Below the pieces are notes generated by a model. It saw only the letters and a list, made by a program, of their open reading frames with translations. It ran no database searches and had not been told where the DNA came from. From positions 11,976,581 to 12,040,580 of the forward strand of contig OZ037767.1 of NCBI GenBank assembly GCA_964035545.1: DNA of 64,000 nucleotides, written 5' to 3'. Positions 1 to 12,732 of this stretch are shown piece after piece; position 1 is the first letter of the stretch, and every line of letters starts with the position of its first letter. The DNA comes from Bugula neritina. Its lineage: Eukaryota > Animalia > Bryozoa. Position numbers and translations under genes: made by a program.

Positions 1-1224
1 GTCAACCTGCTTTAAGTTTTTTTTCGTCAGGATCTTTTCAGGCCTATGGACGGTGATCAAAGCAGTTTCATCCACGTTATATATATCACTGACTGAATCT
101 ATATTTCTTGAGAACAGATTGAAGGTTCTCAAAAAAACGCTGATACATTGCTCTTGTTAAAACTCGGAGCCCAAGCAAGGTTTGTCGCCCCCGGTGTTCT
201 AACCGATAAAGTGGGGTGAAGCTTTTTAAATTCATAGATCCAATCCTCTCCTGAAATAAAAGTTATAATCGGTAACCACTAGGTACAATTACCTAGCAAG
301 TGGGAAGCATACATAAAGTATCTTGATTTATCTGCTTCCTAGTGGTAAAACGTAAATGATGACCATCAATTTACATTATATTGGTGAATAGCCTTATTCC
401 CAACATTAATATTTGTGTTTATGTACCTGCACATGTTTCAAAATTTATATTCCAAACTTTGGTGTTAGAATTTATTCTTTCAAACTGTTCTCTTGTTCTT
501 CAGTAAACACTTTTTAGTGACCATGTTGAGGTTGAAAAGATAATAATATGTTGCCATTGGGTGCATTCCTTCTTTTTGCGATAGCTCGATACAAGGTGGC
601 TCTATGCATACCAATCATTGCAGAAGCTTTCCTAATGGACATAGTGTTGTTCACACATTCAACTGCGTCAGCAATGGTGGAATCATCTGGTCTAGTTCTT
701 TTAGTTGGCTTTCTATTTCTCACCATAGTGCTACTGTACTAAAATTAGAATAGAAGTCTCACAATATAATGTTACAGACAATATTTTATATTTAGGGGGC
801 TGATTGAGACATGTCTCAACCAGCCCCCCTCCAGTGCGTCTCAATCAGCCCCAATGGGTACTTTTGTGAACATGATGGTGCTATAAAAATTTGCATAGGT
901 ATTTTATTTATATTAACACTAATATGCTTAATACTGACTTGTGAGAACATATTTACTTGAAAACTAGTGCACATTGCAAATATTTTAATAACAACACAAT
1001 TTATCAAAGTATTCAAAAATTTACGTTTTACCTAATAGAACAACTTTAACTCACCAATCCCTTGGACTTGCTCCTAGATTCCTAATTTCGAGATGGATGA
1101 CAAAGCATGGTGTTTCCTGTCACGTGACCAAAATATTTAGTTTCTAAAGAAAGACAATTTCAAAAAATTCAAAGTCTCAATGTGCCCCACTGTTCAATGT
1201 GCCCCCACCCCACCCACCCCCCCC
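1..1224 (-). mobile_element. Degenerate pogo/Tigger-type (Tc1-mariner superfamily) DNA transposon, left end and 5' part of transposase; runs off window start
   Basis: ORF 514-726 has a psq-type HTH (MSIRKASAMIGMHRATLYR). The minus strand at ~61-90 reads DIYNVDETA (first catalytic D motif). Terminus TA|GGGG...GTGGGGGCACATTGAAC at 1224-1226, with subterminal GGGGC..ATTGA repeats at 795-852 and 1174-1205. Stops and frameshifts present. Confidence 0.8.
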
Positions 1225-1226
1225 TA

Positions 1227-2470
1227 TTTGCAGTTGTCAGTGTGTTCTAAGGTTATATTGTTCATAGTCTATTCAGGGACTAGTCTGCGGGCTTGAAAGG
1301 CAATGACTACATTTAGTAACATTAAAGCTCATTTCTCATCTGCCAGCCCACTCAGCTAGCAAATCCAGATTTGCCTGAAATCTCCTTTCATCCTCTGTGT
1401 TGTTTGCGACTTGATACATAAGGATATCATCAGCAAACAGCCCAACAGAGCAATCAACTTGGCTAGGAAGGTCATTTATATATACAAGAAATAGCACAGG
1501 GCCTAACGCCGATCCCTGTGGAACACGTAATGTCACAGGAAGAGAGCTAAATTTAGTACCATTGAGAATTACTGATTGTGATCTGTTACATAAAAAGTCA
1601 TGGATCCAGTCAGGTAGATAACTATCAACTTCTGAGATGGCTGCCAGTTTTGCCATCAACAGTGAATGCGGAACACGATCAAAAGCCTTTGATAAGTCGA
1701 GAACAGCGGCATGAACACTCGACTTTTTATCAGTAGCTGCTATAATCTCATGAAGAGTAGAACGTATTTAAGTTTCGCAAGTTATTTCTTGTCTGATTCC
1801 ATGCTGCCTTTTATGCAGCCAGCCATCAATCTTACCTAGAGAGTTTCTGAGCACAATATGCTCAAGCAGCATACAGAGAATACTTGTTAAGAAGATCGGT
1901 CGATAGTTTTTTGAGTCATGTTTACTTCCCTTTTTGAAAATCGGTGTAGCATGAGCAATCTTCCATTCAGATGGCAGTTTGCCATGTTTGAGGGATTTGT
2001 TGAAGATGCGAGACAAACAGCCTGCGGTCTGCTCGATATCCAGTGTTAGGTCTTCCTTCTTTAATCCATCGGGACCTGGGGCTTTTCCTGGCTTCAGGTT
2101 GTGTGGCAGCTTAATTACTCCGTGTGCATCTATCTCTCCACAGCTTGAGTTATGTGTAGATGGACTTTGACTGTTAAAAATGTGGGTTTTATTGAACTGA
2201 TTGTGCAAGTGGGAGTTTAGTATTTTGGAACTGGTGATAGGGTCGTTAGTGATGTTGCCGTCTGGGGTAAGTAGCGAGATTTTTTGTTTTGGTTTGGAGC
2301 CATTGTGGTGTCCGTAGAACGGCCTGCTGTTGCCCTGTAGCAACAGATTGCACAGGCGGTTTTCGACATGTTTTCTTGGTTACGGTGAAGTATTTTTTAG
2401 CTTCTCTTCTTTTGCTTCTGTATAGCTTCTCACTGGTTGCATCATTTTTATTCTTCCTCCATTTATTGTA
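1227..2470 (-). mobile_element. CR1/L2-like non-LTR retrotransposon ORF2 fragment (reverse transcriptase), pseudogenised
   Basis: KAPGPDGL, WKIAHATPIFKKG, NYRPIFLTS, DLSKAFDRVPH, VPQGSALGPVLFLVYINDL and LFADD motifs across ORFs 1768-2343 and 1336-1659; in-frame stop at 1768. Confidence 0.9.
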
Positions 2471-3736
2471 CAGCTGCAACTCTGTTTGGATTTCTTGACG
2501 CCAGGTAGCATTCTCAACATGCGCATTGGCACCGACTGTGAATGTCATGGCATTGTTGTCTAGCAGATAGTTCTGCAATGCACAGCATGCCATTACGATG
2601 TTGTCTAACCTGTCCGGCTGCAAATTATTTGGCTGCGGGATTATCCGCCACATAGCCACGAGTCTACCAAATATGTTTGCTATATGATTAAAATCAAATA
2701 TTGAAATTGGTAAACAAATCATTTCTCCAGTCTAACTTTACTGAATGTATTCCATAATTGTAATTAAAAAAGTCTTTGCATACCAACAGTTCTCCTGGCT
2801 CGACTGGGCCTCTAATTGAACACCAGTTTATCGTTGCAGAGTAGGCCACGGGACCTTGCATATGGCTTCATCATATACTTCTTAAGCGGAAATGCCTCGT
2901 CTGACACGAAGTGGTAGGGTACAGGGCTATCAGTGTATGGCAAGCATACATCTGGGAAGTGTGCCTGGTCACTCTCAAGTAATTCTTTCAGAGGCGACTC
3001 TCCATATGCATGTGTCTGAAATTCTGCTATTGGCCCCAACGTTCATGTAGATGAACCTACAAAGTATCAGATGCTGTCATTTTTTGAAACGATCATGTCT
3101 GTACTCTGAATTTGATCAAAATGAATCTGGGGTTGAAGATTAATTTTTGCATTCAAGAGACGAAGTAAGAATGCATTAATTGCCTTTGATTTGCATCTGC
3201 TATAGTTTTTATAGTTGTGGAATGCCGAACCAGCAGACTTGGGTTTCATTATTCGCTAAAATAAACCACAAACACCACAAACTTGAAATACTCTGCGCCT
3301 TGAAAATTGCCTACAAATAACAATTTAACAGCAATTTTGTTATACATACAATATGCTTGCCGTCTAGAGATCCGATGCAGTTAGGATAGTTCTATCTAGC
3401 AAGGTAGTCCTTTTTTATTGCTCGCCATTCATCTGAGCTCTGTGGAAACCTTAGATGGGTTAGCTGAAGCACTTAATAGATTGCCGCACACATCTCATGT
3501 ACAATGTTGAATATTGTTTTTACACCTTCAATATGAAATGAAGAGCATAGAGTGCAGGAAAGGTGAGTCCGAGGATCAATGGCAGGCCGCATCTGAGTAT
3601 CTTGTTTTTTTGTTATTGGAGTGACTATTTCCAGCAGTTTGTCAAAGAGTGGCTCTGGCATCCGAAAGTAGTGAGTGAAAGTCCCTACCCTTCTCGAACT
3701 ATCATCATGTAGCAGCTTAGAAATTGTTGTATTCAT
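2470..3736 (-). mobile_element. PIF/Harbinger transposase (HARBI1/DDE_Tnp_4-like) remnant with apparent introns
   Basis: YFRMPEPLFDKLL, TQMRPAIDP, PNCIGSLDGKH (~3355-3385), GSAFHNYK, SDEAFPLKKYMMKPY and IFGRLVAMWRI found in successive fragments. Confidence 0.85.
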
Positions 3737-5068
3737 TGCACCTATAATTTAAAATACAAACAGGAAGTAATTACACATTCCTATCACTATGATATTTAGG
3801 TGAGTTCAAAAAAATTGTAAAATGCTGTGTCTGTTTGACGATTCAGGTAGAGAACCTTTTTCCCTTAATTTAAAAGACATGTGTGATGTTCCGATACTTA
3901 GATGAATATGCACTTACAAAAAGCTCAGCAATAATGATCTCAATTTTATGATCAGTTTCATCCCTTTCTGTTTTTCAAAGTCTGTGTTGTTTCACTGAAG
4001 TTTAATAATGATGACAAGCCCTGGAATAAGAAAAAGCATCTGGTTTAATTGTTCAATTTAGTTGCCCAATGCAATCGAGAGTTTTACTCAATAATGCCTT
4101 TTTACTTACTATGGAAGCTAATCAGACTTCTCAGGCTCAGTGCCGCAAATATATTATAACGAAAATATGAAAATGAATTTTAAAACATAGAGAATTGTGT
4201 CAATATAGTGTACAATTTTCCCTTGGCAATAATATTAAAATTCCAGAATCCAAATTTTGATATACGCTTTATATACCAAGGCTCTGGTCTACCACTAGTA
4301 AATTATATTTTTATAGCTTTTCAAATTGTAGGACCTGTCACATATATAATATATCACCATCTATTTAATGATATTCGAAACAACAGAAATCGCTTGTTCA
4401 CAAGCGTAAATAAAAGCCCAATCAATAGTTACTTGAACTATATACATAAGCAAAAAGTGCAACCTAGGCTATCCAGCTAGGTATTTTGCAGATTGTGCAG
4501 AGATTTACGCATGCCTGGCCAGATACCAAGCTGCTCCTTACGAAAAGGCAGATACATTTTTTATTCCCTTTCATAATCCTAATGAAATTTAATTTGATAT
4601 TGCTATTGAATTTTGTTATTTTATATAGAAAATTTACATGGAATATTACTACTAATATAAATTAAATGCATGTTTCATCATTTTTATATGATAATGATAC
4701 TGATTCTATTTTAGCAAGAATTCAACTCGAATTGTAAGACAATAGCATGAACTATAAATATATAACATAATTATGCTTAAGAAAACTTAACCTTAAACTT
4801 GATGAAAGTAAGGCTAAGTTTAAAGCTTATTTGCTAGCTGCTCTAAAGCCTTTGGAAGCTTATCTTTTTATTTTCAGCTTTTTTTCTTGGTATTTGGAAA
4901 GCATGAGTCTTGATTTTTTTCTTCAGTGTTTGTGCTTCTAGGTCCTCACTCAATTCAGAATCTATTACTCCCATTGGATTCACAATGGTTCTTTGTCAAA
5001 AGCTTCTTTACAATGAGAAACATATCAGAAACTGCTCTGGGAGGAGTGTCTGTTTGTTCATTTCATCA

Positions 5069-5070
<2 letters not shown>

Positions 5071-5153
<83 letters not shown>
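5071..5153. repeat. (TA)n microsatellite
   Basis: Near-pure TA run. Confidence 0.98.
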
Positions 5154-5156
<3 letters not shown>

Positions 5157-5949
5157 TAAGTCAAAGAATACAAGGGATCACCCAAAGGAGGTAATGATGA
5201 GGCCCAATGGTGTGCCATAGCAGAGGCTAGTGAAAGCGCAGGGCCTAAAATGGGTAACAATTAGCAGTTAAGTCAGTCAAGTTATGTGAATGAAGTTAAG
5301 TCAGTTAAGTCATATCTCTCCGGCAAAAAGGCAAAATCTCTCACCCGCCCTAAATGCACCGGGATTAGGCTGATTTTTAAGCTCAGGTTTTAACCTGTTC
5401 CACAGTGCTGACTCCCGATAACATGTAAAATTAGAGATATATATACATGTAAATAAAAATGCAATAATCTTGATTCGAGTTTATACATATGTGTTATTTT
5501 GAAATTGTTGTAATATGTTCTTATTGGATCATGGCCTGGCTTTTAATTGTAAGTCAAGGACTGTTTATACTTCCTCTTAATGTAATTGAATCTGCTTTTT
5601 TTACGGCAATTGAAGTAAATCTAAAATTATAAATAATATAAATTTTAGTTTCAAGACTGTGTATAAACATAATCAAAGCAGTTATTTGATTATACTTTTT
5701 TTCCAAGTGGGCAGCCATGTTCTTGAAAACTATTGACTTTTCTACGTTGTTTTTGGCCTGTGTTATTTGTTGCTTACTATAGTTCTGCCACCACCACCAC
5801 AGCAGCATATGGGTTGGTGGGTCTTAGTGGGTGTGAGCAACAAACACTGTTATCAGCAAACATCACTTCACTCACTATAATTTTCTGTGTCCCTCTTCTA
5901 GATTTGTACTTGTCGACTGGCTTGTTTCAAAATGTAGCATATCAATGAA

Positions 5950-7350
5950 TAGTTCTTCTACCTCCCAATAGTCATAATTTGTTAAATTCTTTTTTCGTAA
6001 ATAGCTCCTGTCGTGGATAAGGTCGCATAATCCAGGTTCTTAATGGAAAGGCTTCATCAGCCCCAAACTGGTATGACAAAGGGAGTTGGAAAATCTTGAG
6101 GTGATTCATCATGGAGCAGTGAGTGATGACCTGTAAATACATCAGCATACATGGCATTACATGTAAAAACATGATTGTTTCACAAATTGTAAAATTTTAT
6201 CATTAAGTTTTTGTTTCTTTAAAATATGAAACAGAATACAATTATTTAACATGAAGCAAAGCATTTTGAAAACTGAAGGCTTTATATACTCCTGCATCAC
6301 TCCAACACCCAGGTTGATCAGCATCAATAAATGTGAATTTCATCTTGGCATCCCAACTAGCCATAAGATTGATTGAGTGAAATTGTTTGTAGTGGAAGAA
6401 ATTGGAGTCTTGATTTAATATGGCCTGAGTTTTTATATGCTTTCCATCCAAAGCTTTTGCAAACATAATGCCATCATACACCATCGAACAATTACAATAC
6501 AATAAATTTAAATGTCTTTCTCCTTTCAATAAAATTTTTTTTTACAACTTGAGTAATAGATTTTGATAATGGTGTTGATATTCAGCTGGCATAAAAGTTT
6601 TAAACTTGGAAAAAACTAATGAAGAAAAGTTATGTTGACCTTCGGTTGAATTGAAGTTGACGAACTTATATTGTGTTGGTGCTTATTTGCATGTGAAAGT
6701 TTCTAAGCTGTGGAAAATTTATTATATCTGCAAAAGTCTCTCTGATTTGGACCCATTCACGGGGAGTACTAGATGGTTTGAGGTAGATTGGAGACCTTTC
6801 ATCCCAAATCGCATGGCAAATATCTCAAACAAATATCACAAAAAGTTGTTTAACATTATTAAATAATAAATATATTTACTTGCCTATGGTCAATGTTCAA
6901 AATATGGTAAAAGGTATACTTTAATATTTCAAAGTAGTCATGATGACAATATTCTGGATTGGTTCCATTTCTAATCTCAGCAAACAAATCGTAGCAAGTA
7001 CATGTTTTTTTTTTCTATGTCTAAATTGAAACAAAGTTAAGTTCCAGGTTCTCTAGCAGCCTTGGAGTTTCTAATTGCCTTTTCATGCTGGTGTTGCGAA
7101 TGAACAGCTGCCAATAACTTTTGCTGTCACTCACAATAAATTGCTTCCTTTCGCCCACCTACGCAAAACATGTTTGGATGCTTGATGATGCTACAATTTT
7201 ATTTAAATAAACCTGTTGTCACACCTTGTTTTTTCAAAGTAGACAATTCTTCTTTTTATGAATGATATAAGCCTAGCTCCATGCTGCTAACATCTTAGCT
7301 GTGAACTCCTTCGATGGTTTAAATTTCGATATAGCGTGTTCCAATGAAGT
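5950..7350 (-). mobile_element. Second degenerate PIF/Harbinger transposase
   Basis: ALDGKHI, FFHYKQFHSINLMASWDAKMKFTFID, SDAGVY (6242-6529) and ADEAFPLRTWIMRPYP (5972-6172). The upstream boundary is approximate. Confidence 0.75.
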
Positions 7351-8349
7351 TATTCAATAACTGAAGGTCATCTAATATCACATGTGTTGTAGCACTAGTT
7401 CTATTTATGTAGCTCAGAAATTTCAAAATCATGAAATTTCGTTTTATTGTTTTAAGAAAATTAGTATGATCTATTTTTAAAAAGACATTTGTAAGACAAA
7501 TTAGGCTTCAGACAGTTTGTTTGAACCGTACCATTTTTTTCAAGAAAGGCTGTTGATTATTTTCAATAGCTCTCAAAATCTTGTGCTTCTCCATTCTCAC
7601 AAGATGATATCTTCGTATATTTAGAAAAGAGAACGTTCTTCCTGACGCCTCTTTTTTAGATTTGATTTGAAAGGAATAATGATATACCAAATACGAGATA
7701 AAGTGAAAAGTGGTATTCTCAGTCATTTATGCTTACTGTGAAGTATTACATTCTAAATAAAGCTCAGTTACTAGTTATGAGAGTAATCAACATACAAATG
7801 TGCCATTTGATTGAACTTTTGCAATCTGATATTCTATTGGTGCTATGGCTTTGTGGCCATCGATTTCTTTATTATCTATCATTTGCTTTTTTTGCATTTT
7901 CAGTCTCCTCACAAGAGTTTTCTATTTGATATTCCTTTGAGTTAACCATGATATTTTAGTTTTCCTCTTTGATGATATGGGGTGATTCAAAGTATGTTTG
8001 GCAATTTCACAACCTGGGAAACATGCCAATAAAATTTTTCTTTAAATAGATGTGTTCGATTTGCATATGCTTGTTTGCCTAATTTCTAGACTTGTGGGCC
8101 TGTTTGTTTTTTTGGTAGACCCAAATGGAAAGCAGCAAAGATTAAATAAAAAAATGATATTTGCATATCTTTACTACATAACTATATTTGAAATAAAAAC
8201 GGTAACTTGAAATGTGTAAACTCTATATAAAAAGTAAAATATCAGCAGTAGTAGCACTTGCACTAGTTCTCATCTGGTCTGAGTTTTTGAGAGCTAAATG
8301 ATTGGCATTCTTCCAGTTTGCTGACTCGCTTAGAGCTGTCCAATGTATG

Positions 8350-9300
8350 TCTTGGTTTTCTTTTAATGCTGATTTCACAACTTTTTCGTCAAACTTAGCC
8401 TGCCAGGTATGATATTTTTTTGCTTCTTTGCCTAAATTATCCAAATGACCTTTTCCTTTGTGTGTCACACTGACTTAGATTGCTTACATGCATAGAAAGC
8501 TACAAAGTCTTTGTCAATACTATCCTTCATTTGCAAGGTTGATGATCACTCTTCTCACCTTTTTAGGAACAGAGTCAATTGTCACAGCGTTTCACTTTGA
8601 ACCCATAGATAATTCGGCTGAGTAAATTGTTCTTTTTAACTTTTCTTTAACTGGTCTCATTACATTTGTAACGAAGTCACATACTATGGTAGCACTTATT
8701 TTTGCAGGTGCTTTTCTTTTTCAGTTTTCAAAAATTTCAAGAATCATTTGTCTTTGCCAGTGTGTGGGCAAATTTTAGGTTAGCATTGATCAAAATTATT
8801 AGTACGTTGTACAATGGTCTCAAGTCTAACAATTTTTCATTACCCATCACCTAATACACAACACATTATAGACGTTGAATTACTGTTTCTTTTTAATGCT
8901 GAGTTTACACCATTTTCATCAAATGTATAGTCAGTTAGCCTTTTAGTCAAAACTTTCTACTTTGTTTAAATTATCCAAATGATCTTTTCCTTTGTGTGTC
9001 ACACTGACTGAGATTGCTTAGATGCATAGAGAGCTGTAAGGTTTTTAATCATTCATTTCGTCATTGGCAGACTTAATTAATGCTTTTCTCACCCCTTTCG
9101 GGCAGAGTCAGATGTTGCAGCTTTCCTCTTTGGGGCAATCCGAAAACTTAGCTGAGTATGTGGTTTGTTAGAGCTTTTTTCAATTGATCCCATTAAATTT
9201 CTAACCAAGTCGCCTACTATGGTAGCGCTTTTTTCAATACGGCTTTTAAAAATTTCAAAGCATCATTTGTCTATGCTGGAGTGTCTGAACAAAATTTATT
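8350..9300. repeat. Diverged tandem duplication, period about 534 bp, probably of transposon origin
   Basis: TTATCCAAATGA(C/T)CTTTTCCTTTGTGTGTCACACTGACT at 8437 and 8971, with colinear similarity on both sides. Confidence 0.8.
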
Positions 9301-11706
9301 CGTTTCTCATTCCAAGTTTGCTAGTGCTTTTATGCATATTCGAAACATCTATTAAAGCTGTGCTTCTGTCTACTTGCTGCTGGCAGTTGTTTTAAATTAC
9401 CAAGTGAAAATATGACAAAAATGTTTTTCTTTTTTATTATGCCACCTAGTCTGCTTGCTTTTTTACAATATTCTTGAGCTGCTAAACCTACTGTACCTCT
9501 GAATCCTCTATTGAAATTTCCTACTTGAACGCCTAAACCAAAGTGTAGAAAAGTAAATTATGTGTAACAGTTCACACAGGAGCCCACTATGTTTTCCCCA
9601 TATCTATCTTGCTCTCAAATGAAGAAACTTGGTTTACTTGTTATAAAAGACGCAATTGTTAATTGTGGTTGCTTTCTAAGAAGGCCTATTGTGGAACTAC
9701 GATAATGGACCTCCTGACAGTTGGCTGGTTGTCAAGTCCGCAAACTAATCAGCCAGCCTGCAGCCACGTAGTTCGAGGTTTAGTATTTTTGCACCAATAT
9801 TCCAGCTGCTGAAACAATTGGATGATGAGCTGGCTTAGTTTCCCCTAGTACTTTGCCAGGTGAATAATTGTAAAGTGCCGTTGTCAATTCAGGTGCAATG
9901 TAGACTTGCCCTTGTAACCTACTGCAGAAGACACCATTCAAGAGAAATAGTAAAAAGTAAAAAGGCGTAAGCTCACTGCATCATACACTATTCAAAATCA
10001 TAGGAGCCGTTTGATAGTCCTTCTGGTACTTGAAAGTCATTGCAAAACTATATTTGCTTTACTAAAACTACAGATGAGGATCAAAGATGCCATGAGTATA
10101 CACATTTCAAATTTTAGATACCTGAATATAACACAAATTATGCATGTCTACCTATTCTAACTACCAAGATATTTTTATATATAGCTCATTTTACAGTGCC
10201 TACATCAATAGGATGAGCTTCTGTGTTTGATCAGTTATATACGTCAAATAAAGCTGAATTGGTGATTAAAATTAAAATGGTGTTTGTAAAAACCAAGTAT
10301 ATATACCATGATGTCATTTTAACAACTTTTCCCACCTTCTAATATTTCAATGTTGGTTGCAAATTTATAGTTTAAGCGTAATACTATATAAGGGCAGCTT
10401 ATGCAGCAAAAAAATTGTTTTGTTTTAGGATTAACTAATAGTTATTGCTCCCAAAAGCTGCAGTATTTCAAGATTGCTAAGTGATAAGGTGACTTGGTAA
10501 ATATATTTTAATAGTTTATTCTAAGCAGTATATGAAGAACAGATAATAAGTTATAGCAAGCATTCACTTTTAAAAAATGATGTTGGCAAGAGATGAGTAG
10601 GATGTCATATTGACTTAAACAGCGTAGTTGATTGCAAACGCAAGCCTTTAATCAAATATGAGGAATATTCCTATTTCAAGAACACCACTTATAATATTCC
10701 TGCCAATAGGTGCAGCTCTAGTTTAAGAAGTAAATAATTGGTTATTGCCTAGCCTTGTGGTGAATTATTACAAGTAGGCTCTGCGCAGACCACCCTTTGA
10801 TAGACCATATAAGGGAGATGAGACCACCTTGTGATCATGTTATTATCTTTCTACTGAGGATGACCTTATCTATCCTGTGAAAGGCATGCATTGTTTTAAT
10901 ATGTCTCCAAAGATAGAATTTACGAGAAACACACAATTACAACTATGACGTGCAAAACTTGGCACAGTTTGTCATACAGTGACAAAAACATTTTTGGTTC
11001 TTTCAAACATTATGCTCATTGTTGTCAAGTCGCTGGCCTGTATTGTCTTTCCTAAGACTATTCGCAAGCGCTCTCGCAATCTTTATCTCAGTATGTAATA
11101 CACTGCTAAGTTCCGCATATATGGAGGTTTAAATCTACTCATCTTTCTCAGAAATCGTCTTTTCAAAGGTGATTTGTTTGTCTGGGTTGTAGAACCTAAA
11201 TTGAGGTGACATAATTTAATCAAGTTTTATATTTTGAAATGAAATGAGAAATATAAATATTTATATAAGTATTTATAAAATTTATAGTACTCACATTGCA
11301 TCACTAAAAAGGCATTTCCTCTAGCACGAGCTTACGTATAAGACAAATCGGTCCTACTATTCATCACATATTTTTAGCAGCTATTATACGCTCAACACTG
11401 AGGAAAGTTGACCAGTCAACTTGACAGCCAGCTTGATCTTATAACCAATTGTATCTCCTTCAATTGCACCGATATTCCATTTTGTGGTGTTCTAAGGTAA
11501 AAGTTAACGCTTACCTTTGTAGAGAATCTCTCTTTTCCTCTACACTTTTATTCATGAAATTGAGATCACATGTCATCTTCATAGTCACCATTGCTTACCT
11601 CCACGGTCTCATCATTGTAGCTATGTGAAATTTTTAGACATAACTAAAAAAACTTGGCTTCAATCTGGCCCACATCAATTTTTTTCTTGCGACAGCCTGC
11701 TGATAC

Positions 11707-12732
11707 CTACCTAGTTTGTGGTAGGTACAGGCCCATCCCAAAAAAATGATATGCATCATCTTCTTCATAAGAAGCTGTAATTAGTTTATTCATTTTATAA
11801 TCTTTATTACCCAATTGCCTTTCTCGCTCATCAATAACTTTTCTTTTTTTCTGTTTGCCAATTTGAATCATGGTGGTGGTCGCAATGTTGAGATTTGAAG
11901 CAGTGAAGCTGTACAACTGGAGGAAGTATTAAAAAATTCTATTTCAAGTTTATCTGGCATTACTTCCAGATTGGTCTGACCTCTGAATTAACAATGCTTT
12001 TTTACAGTAGGTAAAGTTTATATCATGTTTTTGCAACAGAAAACTTTATAATTGAAAAACTTTCATGTACTCTGATGTGATTTTCAAATACCGTCTACTC
12101 ATATTTAATTTTCTTTTTGTGAAATCACTACACTTCATAAATGGCCACCACTTCCATTTTGGTTCCTCAGTCGCTGGTGCTCTACTAGCCAGTGCTAATT
12201 TATACCTTCTTTTGTTGACTATATAGGTGTCCCTAACACTTCCATTTTTTCATTACTGCTTCACCTAGTATATTAATTAAATTTTTACCAATGCAATATT
12301 TAATTTACGATTTTAAAAAACTACAGAGTATCACTCAAAGAATTTAGTTTTAAGATAACTATTGGATAATAAAATAGCTGTGAAACATAATTTTATAAAT
12401 ATCAATATTGAATTTATTCAAAATCAGTATAACATTGTTCACAAATACAAACATTATTAAAAATAAACGACTTATTAAGTTGAGCTAATGATAATTATAA
12501 TGTGAATGAAAACCAGCAGTGACGATTGTATATAAAATAATGCCGAAGCCTCAATTTCAATTTACTGAGATGCATGCATGTCAACTCTTTTTCATTGACT
12601 ACCGGCCACTCATTCTTCACATCTACCCAATTGTTTTTTTTTTACTGTAAGTAAATCTTTGTAGTCAGGGTCAAAAAGATCGCGCAATACTGAGCTATCC
12701 CCAACAACTTCAAAAAATCGCAAGTCTGACAT
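11707..12732 (-). pseudogene. MADF (Myb/SANT-like) domain gene, frameshifted; likely Harbinger ORF2
   Basis: Exon 12732-12603 reads FFEVVGDSSVLRDLFDPDYKDLL..NNWVDV. Exon from 12264 reads KKWK/VRDTYIVNKRR..KWK..WPFM. C-terminal EEDDAYHFFGMGL. Frameshifts in both exons. Confidence 0.7.

Noticed and set aside
2246-2722. 158-aa ORF as a novel chimeric gene
   Set aside because: Accidental read-through across the Harbinger/LINE junction; both parts are degraded.
4910-5194. Ile/Tyr-repeat ORFs (also 28746-29135) and Cys/Val ORFs at 38251-38560
   Set aside because: Translations of (TA)n and (GT)n microsatellites.
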